NCBI GenBank assembly: GCA_900617105.1
Contig: UYFQ01000583.1
Coordinates: 1 to 43,092 of the forward strand
Length of the DNA stretch: 43,092 bases
Origin: Hydrurus foetidus
Lineage: Eukaryota
Direction: 5' to 3'
In this document: positions 11,462-23,075 of the stretch, one piece after another
How the letters are laid out: each line of letters begins with the position of its first letter
Numbering within the stretch: the first letter of the stretch is position 1
Made by a program: the position numbers and the translations under genes
Notes under the pieces: generated by a model
What the model was told of the DNA's origin: nothing
The model's input: only the letters and a program-made list of their open reading frames with translations
Database searches by the model: none

Positions 11462-12231
11462 GGACCGTTTGCACGATCAGGTCCGCCAATATTTTCCCAC
11501 GGCTAATGTACAACGCATACACATTAGTACGTTCCCTCACCTGTAATGATCAATCAAAGCTTCCAACAATCGCTATCTGCCCTTTATACAAGATATCCAC
11601 AAGCGCGGTATTGCTGAGCCCCCGACATCCAGCGTTATTTCTGATAGAATTGATTTACCAGGTGCGCCATTCGACGCCCGCTTCACGGCTCTCCTAACCT
11701 ATTTTTGCGCAACGCTGTCGTCCTTGAAAATTTCATCCTCTTCCTCCTCTTCAACCAACTCCATTCGATCCGCTAAATACGATACATTATCGTTGACATC
11801 GTAAAAACGTTGGATTCCAACAACCTCAGGAGATGCAACCATCCTCTGTTTCTTCTTTGGCCGTCTGCTCTGTCTCACCTTCGGGATAGTGATTTCGCCG
11901 GTCGAGTTTTCTTGCAAGCTACAGCGTCTCAAAGGAAGACCGCCATATCAATCTTCATCACAATTTACAGAGGAACAGAAGTTATATCTTGGTTTTAGTT
12001 GGCATGGAGTGCTACAATGTCTAGTCAGCATTTTAATTCAAACATTAAAAAAAAAGTTTCAAATTTTGAAAAAAGATGATATAACTTCTGATGTCCATAC
12101 GAAGGCTGACAGATTCCCGTAGTTTCCAGTGGTTTCGGAGCGACATTCGTAGAGAAAGCTCGACCGCCAAAATCACGGATCGGTGGGAAAATTTTATGCA
12201 GGAATGGCGGACCTGATCATGCAAACGGTCC
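11462..12231. mobile_element. Non-autonomous TIR DNA element (MITE-like, ~770 bp), superfamily unassigned
   Basis: 27-bp terminal inverted repeats GGACCGTTTGCA(C/T)GATCAGGTCCGCCA at 11462-11488 and 12205-12231 (1 mismatch), plus an inner ATTTTCCCAC / GTGGGAAAAT pair. No clear TSD. Confidence 0.75.
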
Positions 12232-12367
12232 CCGATGGATCTCTGGTATCTGGTAAGAGAAGTAGTATATTTAGTACAGTATTTACACCCCCTCCAAGTT
12301 TCAAGTTTCCAGCTTCCACTGAAAGAAGCTGATAAGTGATAAGTGAGGATGTCATCGAAATGTCTTC

Positions 12368-15300
12368 ATGTTCATAGTTTCATCGCACGTCACAATGCTC
12401 ATCTTCCATGGTAAACTGATGGGAACTCGTAAGGGTGACGGAGGCGACGATTTAAAAAGCACTTCACAGGCTCAAAATTATGCTTTAAAAAGCCTGTCGA
12501 ATCAAGAGAAGCTCATATTGGTAGAACTACAGAGAACAAGATATGAAATTGTCAATCAGCTAAGCAGGATTGATCCTCATATTTTCAAGTCATCAGAGAA
12601 TTGGTTTGAAGTGAAACAGACAATAGAGAGCTACAAGAGAAAGATCAGTGCTGAATCCGCTGAGGATTCCAACACAGTCACTAATAGTCATTTCTTGTCT
12701 GTCAAGACATCCATAAGAGAACAATCGCAGCGGAAATCATCTGAATCGAGGCATCTTTCAGCTTCTAATAGCTCTGGAATGCAAAAGTTGAGATCACAGT
12801 CTGGAAAAGCCCGAACTTCACAAAGATCTTTACTGAAGTCGATTCCTGGCAATGGCAATCCTTGTGTTGATAGGTTGCCCCCTCGTTCAATTGTGTCATC
12901 CTCTGAAATCAGAACTGGAGTAGATATGCTGCCCGTCATGAGTACCACTGGGAACATTGCTTTAGAAATTGGAAGCTGTAGATACGAAAAGCTGAAGTTG
13001 CCAGTATTCAAGCTTCCAACCCTTGATCTTACAACTTATCACAGGAGCCACAACGAAGGGTCGACTCCTTACATCAAAACTGAAAATCGTACTCCTCTTT
13101 CTGCTGCGATTTCGATCGAGAGGGAGGGTGGTCAATATAAAAACAGAGCTGATTTCTTCAGAGCTATCAGAGTCATGCGTAAATTGATGAGAAATGAGGA
13201 GATCGCGTACATGAAAATATTCTTAGAGATCAGTGACAGAGACATCAGAAATGCAGAAGCGGATATTCAGCTGTATCTCTTTGTGAATTATGGTATTTCC
13301 GATGAATTTGGGGAGGATGCAGGATTCAACACAGAAAAGAAAGAACTGCAACCCAATCTTGTCACTGTATTCTTCCGAGCGCGTCAAATAGCAAATCTAA
13401 AAACGAAATCAGAATCTTTCCGCGAAACATTTGCAAGTACAAATCTGCTTAGGAATGATATTACCGATGAAGATTATCCTTTAGATCCAGAGGGTAACAG
13501 AAACATTGAAGAGAGGCACTATTCAAAATCTCGTCCTTTTTTAGGCAGGAAAAATCATAAAAAAGTTCCCGAACGTATGCAAACGATAAATCAACAGTCC
13601 GAAAGATCAGATTTTGAGCTTTATCCAATGAAGAGAAGACTTCGTCGTATACCCTCTAACAACAAATGTCTGTCGGGCACCTTAAAAGTTGACTTGATGA
13701 CATCGCTTTCATCCATGCATCATCATGGCGAAATGGTAAGAAAGGCGTTCTTCTCTTCAACATACTTCTCTTTGCAGTCGTTCTGATAAATAATTTATAT
13801 GTCTTTTATCAGGTTAAGGATGACATGTTGGCAATATTTAAGTTGACCAATATAAAGGATTCGAATTTGAGGCTCTATATACTCGGTAATATTTGTCATT
13901 GAAATTTAGGAAATAATGTCGCGTTTTTGTTGTGGCTATTTGAATGATGTAGTCATTTCATCTTTCTACACTTCTGCTGTATTGTTTATTTTACTGACAG
14001 CTATGGCTGCGAGGCGCATGTTCGATGCTCTGCAATGCCTGTTGAGGAGGGACTTGAGAAGTGGGTGGACAGCTTGGCAGCTTGAAATGCAGCAGATGGA
14101 AAGAAAAAGAATCTTAGATGCTTACGTCAGATTCCACGGTATGAGATATCTTTCAAAAGCTGTTAGGAAACTCTTGATCATAGCGATGAAGAAGAAGTGG
14201 TGTGTCTGGCTTGATAGGACTTTAGAGGATAAAATGAAACGGCTGAAAGAAAAGAAGCACGCTGCAGCAATAGCAATACAGCGCACAGCTAGAGGACTCA
14301 TAGCGAGAGGTAAGTTGCAGTACATGATAGACAGCTCCAAGTACTCCTCTATACACAGCGCTACTGTCTTTCTTCAGAAGATATTCAGGGGGAAAAGAAT
14401 GTTCTGGAAATACCGTGCGTATCGTCTTGCGAAGTCACGGGCAAGAGGGAGTCTGCTCATACAAACACAGTACAGACGGCACGTAGCAACTAGGCGTGTC
14501 TACCTACTGAGACATGCACACAGCAGGGCATGCGCTGCTACTAAGATATGTGCTGTTGCACGTATGGTACGTGCTATGCGGATAGTCAGGCAGCTGCTAC
14601 TGGTCAAACTACAGGTGGCCAGTTCTGTCAAGATCCAATCCCTTCTAAGAGGATTCCTGGGAAAGTGTCTAGCGAACCAGAAGAAGAATGATCTGCATCG
14701 ATTCTTCGCCTCTAGATTCATACAAAAACATGTGAGAGGAAAGTTGTGCAGGATCCATCTAGTGCTGAAAAGAGCGGAACATTACGCCCTGCGTGCATCA
14801 CAAACGAGATGCGCTATTCTAATCCAGAAATCCTACCGAGGATTTCGCGGGCGCATTAAAAACAGAGCTCAAGTAGTAGGGATAAAGAGGAGGAGAAGAA
14901 TAATGTTCCAAGCGGCTTCTCGCATCATCAACATGTGTCGTTGTTTCATATCTAGACTAAGAGTGAAGAAGCGCAAGCATCAGCGCCTTGCTATGTGGAT
15001 CGAATCTGCAAGGAAGTGGGAGGAGCTGTGGAGCGAAGAGTCAAATGCTTGGTTCTATGCTAATGCTGAGACAGGTCGGAAATCAGAAACCACTTGATGT
15101 AATGGCACTTCCCAACACTTCTTGTCGGACACGTCAAACACCCGTTGCAATATCATGCAATCATATCAGCACTCAAATCTGGTCTATTTGATACAGTCAC
15201 AAACACTCATAATAAATATTCAAAACGTGATCCCATGATCTTTATTGCTACTGTTGAGTCACAGCACCTGCTTCCTACACGTACATCTCTCGTGCAGAAC

Positions 15301-16380
15301 TGCATTGCCTTCTCACGTCTGAATCACATGCCACCACTATCGCCACCCCTCCACTCTCAGGCGATTCTTATTGGGAGCCGACAATAGAGGGATACAAGAA
15401 GTCTGACGGACAGCTGGTGCTCACCAGTGGTGCACTCGTTAGAGACCCCTTGACGCTGCCCTTTGAAGAAGATGAAGAACGCTTTCCTAAGGATATCTGC
15501 ACAGAGTGCAGTGAGAGATATGCTATACGGGCATGCAAGGAATGCGGAGATAACTACTGCACCTATTGCTTTAAATCATCCCACGGTGCGGGTACAAGGC
15601 GCAATCACAGCTACACTATGATAGGCCCTGTTGACTGCACGGAGTGTGAGATGCAGCTAGCACTGAGGTGGTGTGTTACGTGTGATGAGTCGCACTGTGA
15701 TATCTGCTGGAGGAAATTGCACTCTAAGAGTAAAAGAAGGTTCCATCCTTTTTGTAAAGTCTACCCAGGGGGCCGCATAGGCGTCAAGATGATGACTATT
15801 GATGGGGAGGAGGTAAAGTCGGGCAGCAACTATTCCTTTTCTTCCCTACACTATTGATTACTTTCCCACCGAGTCATCATTGATTTCTCTCTCTCTTATT
15901 TCATTAATTTCCCTAATATCACTACCCCTCTGCCCTCCCACACCCCTCGATTCCCAAGGTATCTCCATCGGGCTATGAGCCATCTTACGCCCAGCTGAGA
16001 ATGGAAGGAGCTTCCGGAGCAGAGCCGGCAGGTGACACTCACAAACAGAAGCATTATAACTAGCATCCCCAACTTGATGTATAAATTATCTTTCACCCCA
16101 TCTCTTGCAAATATCATACCTGACAACACTAATGTATAGCATGAACCACCCATCACCTCTCTCATTCCTCATGATATGTGACAACGACCTGTTTGATGTG
16201 TAACACAATTAATCCTCCTCCTCTCACTTTTCAGAGCCGCCTGAAGTGTGGCTGACAGCTCTTGACTCGGAGGGCAACACGTACTGGTATAGCACCAGTA
16301 CGGGTGTTTCTCAATATGAAAACCCCGGACCTGCGGAACTAGAATACGACCCGAGTGACGTACGAGATTATTCCCTCTGA
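12368..16380 (+). CDS. Multi-exon gene: IQ calmodulin-binding repeats, WW domain, two B-box zinc fingers, second WW domain. Exons ~12368-13735, 13813-13885, 14001-15074, 15361-15812, 15959-16031, 16235-16380
   Basis: GT-AG junctions keep the frame. IQ motifs (IQRTARG, LQKIFRG, IQSLLRG, IQKHVRG, IQKSYRG). Spliced WW WEELWSEESNAWFYANAETGDSYWEP. B-boxes CTEC...C..C...C..C...H....H x2. Terminal WW WLTALDSEGNTYWYSTSTGVSQYENP. Start may be 12368, 12395 or 12419. Confidence 0.85.
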
Positions 16381-18003
16381 CTTTCATCATGATTTTCATA
16401 ATAAAGTTCATGCAGCGGTTTATTACGCAGCCATTGAAGAATCTCTATGGAGAATTTGTTGCATCTGATGGATCTGGATCGGCTCCATTAGTTACTGTAG
16501 AAGTCGTTTTGTAAGCCTTTTCATATAGTTACCACGTTAGTAGAGTGTGGTGCATTTGATAGAAGTACGTCACGAACAGCATCAGAGAACCGTTCTGACT
16601 GCTGCTCTACTTTTCACAGTCTTGATTAGAGAGACAGCTGTTTGAGGGGATTGTGTTAGCGATCAGACTTATTCCTCATGTCTGTTGCCTGCACTGCACT
16701 GCCAGTCTTCTGCAAACTCATATGTTGACAACGATGCATATTACAGACGATGGACTGTTGTTACTGTCTGAGCTGCGATTGAATCGGAGTGCTGAACTGT
16801 CATGTACTTCCTTTGGAAATGGTCTGTACGGATACAGTCTCTATCTCTGCTATTTGATAATGTAGCATTTACAATGTCTCACCCATTGTTCAGGAGACTG
16901 ATGTTCGTCATCTTGTGTCTGTGTGTTTCATGTAGGATATTGTCACTAGATTGCCACTCGATATTTACTACATTCCCATCCATCTCCATCTATGGCAGCC
17001 TTATCTGCTATGTAATTACTTTCCGTACAAAGCAATTTGAGTAGATTATTCAATCATCAATTTTTTCAAAATCTGATTGAATTTCTATGAGAAAATAAGC
17101 CTGCGAACAAGAAAACATTTCGCGGCATAGTACAATAATTCCGATTTTTCTGTCGACACACTCATGCGTGCGTAGAGTAGAATGTCTTTTTGCGTTGACG
17201 CATATGCCCTTGCATGATACAGCACAGCTACTGTTCATGAAACCCCTAGACAGCGTAAACTATCTCCTTCTGATTCAACTTTGTGTTCGCCTTGCCAGTA
17301 AACTCGTTGTTTATAATAAAGAAAAATTGTGACTCATTCTAACGTTTGGGATTCAAAAACTATCAAAAGAAATTCGATTCGTCTTTGTGTGAATAAGGCA
17401 GGTTAAGTAATCCTAAAAATAAAAACACATTTCAGCATCCACTATTGAATTTTGAAGCAGTCGACCAACCAGTGCATATGAGATGACGCAGTCCAATGAT
17501 GCCGTAGATTGTCACAGTCGCAGTATGCAGTGAGTCATTAAAATTGTTATCGCAAAAATCCTTTCAAACTCGAAACAAGAAATCAAATCATCTCAGCAAA
17601 AGTGGATAGACGAGAAACAAAATTGAAACACGTAATTACGATTTACATTATGCTCCACGCGTTGGCGTGAAAATACAGGCATACGTGAGCTTCGTCAATA
17701 TTTTGGTATCACAAAATTGTGAGTCACACTATTTTGTCGGAGCGAAGTATTTTCTACACGACGGTGCTACAAAAAACAAAAATGCAAAAATGATAATGTG
17801 GATGTGTTACAACAAGTTGTGAAGGAGGCGATAATTAGTCACCTGGAAGTGTCATGGAACCGGCACTACGATTGTCCGCAAAATCAAAAATAAAAGAATT
17901 GCATTTACAAGAATCACAGAATTATTTTGTACAACAGTTTCAGTCTTAATGAGTGGGGATGATATTTTCAATTATATTCATTTTTAGTACAAGTTGATGC
18001 GAA

Positions 18004-20825
18004 TCACTTTTTATACTCTTCGCTTTTGGTAGACCTTTCTCTGTTTTCATTGACCAGATTGCTCATCGTCATGCATGTGCTGCCGACTCGGAACATCAAA
18101 GGTCGTTGTGTTTCTGACCCATTGATCTTAGTCATCCAGCCCTCAGAGAGCTTTTTGCCTCCACTCTTCACGGTAGAGTGAACTCTCCTAATGGTGCTCA
18201 ACAAGTCCTTGTGCGATATAGCTGACTTCACCACGCTCAAGTCCGTTAAATTGTCAGTGCTTCTCTTCTCCCTTCTCGACCTGTGAGTCTTACGTGACAC
18301 TTTGATTTTTCTGTTGGATGGGCTTGCTCTCCTTCTGAGGCCTTCGTCCTGCAGGTGTCTCTCCTCCACATCATATACAGCGCATGTAGGATCGAAGCGC
18401 AGGAATTCGTCGTTTGTTTCTCTGCCCTCTTCTGCTGTGTCTGTCCTGTCAAAGTCTCCGTTATCAAGCACTACGAAGTCAGCATAGTCCTCCTCAGCCG
18501 CAACCTCCGCATTACTATCCACAACAGCTGCTGCCTTGAAACCTGCACTCGCAGAGATCACTGCTGGGTCCTTCTCTAAGGCTGTGAGCAGCGAGAAGGA
18601 GGGGGTGATGGTGAGGGTTTTGCCTTCGCAGTCCTGAGTAGAGGGGTCCAGCTCCACCTCTTCACCGGGCATGTAGTACGTACTCAATGAGTCCGAGCTG
18701 TCCTCATTCTCACCATCAGTCTCACTTTCGCTTGTGGTGTCCTCGTCATACGAACTGATCAGTCTTGGGGCATCTCTGACACTAGGAACACCTTGTGCTG
18801 AGTCTCCAGTGATATTCTTGTTGTCAGATTTAAACTCTTTCAAAGGATTGTGCGTGTTGGCATGAGCATGCGATTGAAAGACATGTTTCTCGGACTCTAT
18901 GGCTGTGACTGGAATGAGCAACTCAACTTCCTCCCTTTCTGCTGAAGACTTTGACGAGGAGGTGTCGTTTCTCTGAGCTAGGTGTCTGGAGAGCACGAAC
19001 ATGATGCCGCTCCACATGGCCGTTATAGCACCGCCCCACAGAGACTACAGAGAAAGTATGATAGTGTGAGTAAGGGCAGATGTAGAAGACAAGTAATGAA
19101 GGAAGGGTAACATAAATCAATCTAATAAGATTCAGGCTATGAAGTAGATTTAAGCCAAATTTTATTTTAGTGACGTGCTGCAGGCAAGCACAAAGAAACT
19201 CCACATGTCGCTTGTAAAGACTATATGCAATGCGTTACAGTGATAAATAATAGAAAGGGAGCTGGATGGACAGAGGGAGGTTAGATAAAAGACAGATACT
19301 AACCTGTGTGGCCATGGAGGGTTTGAAGTGCGCACTTGCAGCGCTGAGAATCATGACGGCTGCACTCTTGCCCATCCTGTGTCCGAAGAACCGTATAAGC
19401 TCCTTTCCGAGATACCTCTGCTCGCTGCTCATGGGCATGTAAATCATCTCTGTGGCAGATGTCATGATGGAGTACTCTAGAACCTTCAGAGCTCCGAACC
19501 CGAACATTATGGTGAGAAGGGAGGGGTAGATGTAACCCCCAATAACAATGCAGAATATCATAATAGGAATGCTGCACAGCACTTTGGGCAGTGTTGCCAC
19601 AGACAGTACACTAGGCATCACAAACACTTGTAGGAAGCATGCAGCTATGTTCACCGATGCAAAGAATCTTCCCACAAGAACAGCTCGCTCAGAATCAAGG
19701 GGGATTCCTAAGGAAAAGAGAAAAGGGTTCAGACCGAGTTTGTCAATTAGAATATATCCAAGTCTTTGATTTACCTGTGCGTAGTCCATCGTAAAACATC
19801 ATGTTGAGCATGTTGGAGCAGCACTGGTGGATTAGAGCTTCAGCGAATAGCAGCTGCAGTGTTTCATGCTTCATCAACAGTTTCAAAGACTTCCGCCAGA
19901 ATCCTTTACTGGCCTCTTTCTTCGTCCCCTCTGTGCTTGCAGTAGAATCTGGTGCATTATCCTCTTTCTTCGACGGCACTTTAATTGTGTCTGCTGAAGT
20001 ACCCGCCACTATGTCTTTCGTACTTTGTTGAGAGAATTTCGATAGTCCGGAATGTATGCGACTCTTTCCCTCCTCGTTGACACTACTAGCCAAATAAGTT
20101 CCTATCTCTGCACTAGTGAAGGACAACCCACAAGAAACAAATGCGGTGATCAAAAGAGCCCTTACACCGCCCAGGCTTACGAGATATTCTACAGAGCAGC
20201 CCCCAACAGCACTCGCCACACTCACTACACCGGCGAAAGTTACCAAATAGTTGGACGTCTTACTATCTAAGACACTTGCTATGAACGACCATTGTTGTGT
20301 CGAAAGCAATGAGACATATATTTCTCTGAAGCAGTAGAAGAGTAACACCGCTGACTGACCCCAACCACCTTTCAGTGACCCACATGCAATCGACATGAGA
20401 CCGAGAAGAATCACACAGCAAATATTGGAGACAAGGAGAGTTATTCTAGGACCATTCCTCTTTATTGATCGTGCATATAAGAACAGCACCATGGCACTAA
20501 TAGGACTTCCAACCGCGACTGTGAAAGATAAAGCTCCGCTGCCAAGTCCAATATCCTGCAAAATTTTAGGAAAAAATGGTGATTACGTACAAATTCAATG
20601 CCGGCAATTTCGTAGACGCAGTGTGGAGTTGTCAGGTAAGGTTTGTCTTGGATTAATTGGTCGTTCAGGGAACGAAGGAGCATTGAATACCTTCGCAGCA
20701 AGCAGGGCTATAGATGCTGCCCTAGCCATTTCATACCCAAAAAAATGGAAACATAGGGCTGATGCCATGAAAAAACTAGCTGTCAATGATGGAGACACCT
20801 CCGGATCAAATCGGAAGATAGGCAT
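18004..20825 (-). CDS. TLC/NTT-family (ATP/ADP translocase-like, MFS fold) membrane transporter. Exons 20825-20691, 20555-19775, 19707-19304, 19044-18004; a further upstream exon ending ~20951 is possible
   Basis: Multiple TM helices. FGYEMARAAS, EIYVSLLSTQQWSF and KVLEYS..SATEMIYMPMSSEQRYLGKELIRFFGHRMGKS resemble NTT consensus motifs. Canonical GT-AG introns keep the frame. Confidence 0.75.
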
Positions 20826-21654
20826 GATGTGTGATGTCTTGCTGAGATCAAATGTGCGTATGAAACTTTCTTATCACTAATATCTCTAATGACAGACGGT
20901 TTCCAGGAGGGAGAAAACCCAGTTGGAAACCGAGAGGGGCACTCACTTACGCGGCGGTAAGATTTGGACAATAGCTGTCGATTTCTGATCGTTACCTCAC
21001 TGTGCCCTCGGATGAAACGAGAGGATTGGCTTGTGTCGAACGAACTCTTGGAACCAGAACCAAAACTCAAAACTCCTCTAAAAAAACTTTTTGGTGACTT
21101 TGTTGTGTGGTGACGCACACCACAATGATAGATCTTCAACCAGTTTCCGTTCTTTGAAGGAAGATGCGTACGTCGCCCACAACGCAAGTACGTCACGTTC
21201 GATCATTTTGTGCAGTATCCACGTACCGTAACGTACGAAGTTGTTTCTACCGTACAGTACAGGTTGCGTTGCACATTGCACAACATCGTGTGTCCCCCCT
21301 CTCTCGACCTACGGTTAGCATTTAGCGTACGTCACAGGAAGTACTGATCATCTTGGAGCTTGTCAGGGCTATTGGAGGCATGCAGCTTCGCGATTGAGTC
21401 ATGAGGTGTAGTTGGAGGTCCTACAGTCGCTGCAGTAGCACTGAGCAGTAGGTCCTCATAAGAATGCGCGGGAGCGGAATGTAAATTTACAATTGCTGCG
21501 GTCCTAATGTATTGATTCAAAAGCGCACACAAGTAAATCTAAAAACATGTAAATGTCCCTATTTCATTTTGAAAATTGGTCTAAAAATCCGGAATCGCAA
21601 CAGCTCTTGGCTTCAGCGATCTATTCCGCGAATTCATCCAATCAAATGGATAGC

Positions 21655-23023
21655 CTAGCCGAGGAGGTCCGAGACATCAGTGTCTGCAAAATCGTCCTCC
21701 TCTTCATTCTTCCTGGGCTTTGTGTTAGTGGGACGAATGTTACTGTGGCCCCCAGCACGAGGAGCCGCCATGCCCATGGGAGCCTTCGCTTCACTGGTAG
21801 GGCCGTCATCTAGGACTTGGGACAGAGCTTGTTCCGATGACGTCTTAGCGGGCTTTGGTCTTTCAGACCTTTGGGGGGCGGATGGTCCACTTTGCTGTGT
21901 GGGTGCATTGCCAACCCTGGTCATAGCTCCTACATCCGTAAGTTTAGATAACATACAAATCAAGTCAGTCTTGAAAGATGTCAGTGTTGACATGTATAGT
22001 TAGTTACCTTGCTGTGTGGCAGCTGGAAGAGCCCTACGGAGTTTGTCTAGCTTCCTCGTGTAATCTTCGTGCGGTCTACCAAGATCCTTGCACAGCGCTT
22101 CAAGATACTGCAACGACTCTATGTTATCCGGATGTTCCTCGTGAATCTGATAGTCGCAGCGCAACAGGTTATAATCATTTAGTTTGATAAATTCAAAATT
22201 TCAATCAGGAGAAGAGAAAGAGAAAGTGAAAAGAAAATGATCTCAAATCGAAATTGTGGAGTCATCATAGGAATGAATAAGAATGAGAATCGGTTGCAGG
22301 AGTTTTAAAAGACAGGTTGAAAGAAAGGAGCAGCATATCTATGATACGTATTTGCAACTGCACCTTTTGATACAGCTCGAGAGCTTTGTAGAGATCACCG
22401 AGACGCCGGTAGCAACTAGTCACCATTAACTGCCACTTCACCTGTGATGCGATGCAAGTCATTAAGATGAAACTAGATAAGATAGAATAAGATGCGATGT
22501 TTGAATTTATGCAGTAGAGTTAAAGGACCTACCTCTCCAGGCTGTACAACAGAAGCACGGTCGAAATATTCAATGGCTTGTTCGTACATTTCCCGCTTCA
22601 CGTACCACACACCAAGCCAACTGTGAGGAGAGCAGAGAACGGTTGTGTTTAGAAATAAGAGCTGTTACAAAACACACTGAACGATATGAGTCGCAATAGT
22701 TCATGAGATTAAAGTGCACCTTATGACATTGAGGTTGACTGGGTAGTGTCTGTGTGCTTCAGTCTGCCAATGGCATGCTGTGTTCTCATCTTCCATCTTC
22801 TCGTACACCTGCCCTACAGTAACGCAACATAGCACATGAAGTATGGAGGGAGAGAGGAATGACAGGTGATGCACATCTCACCTAATCGACTGCACAAATT
22901 AGGGTCTCCTGGCACTTTGTTAAGAAGCATTTCGAACGTTTTAGCCGCTTGTTCAAGCTGTGCGGGATCAGTGGCTCCTCTTCTCTCGTAGATGGTGCCG
23001 AGCTGAAACAACGCCTCTTGAAC

Positions 23024-23075
<52 letters not shown>

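Noticed and set aside
16400..18000. Short ORFs or ncRNA between the convergent genes
   Set aside because: No motifs, tRNA cloverleaf or repeat structure seen; likely UTR/intergenic.
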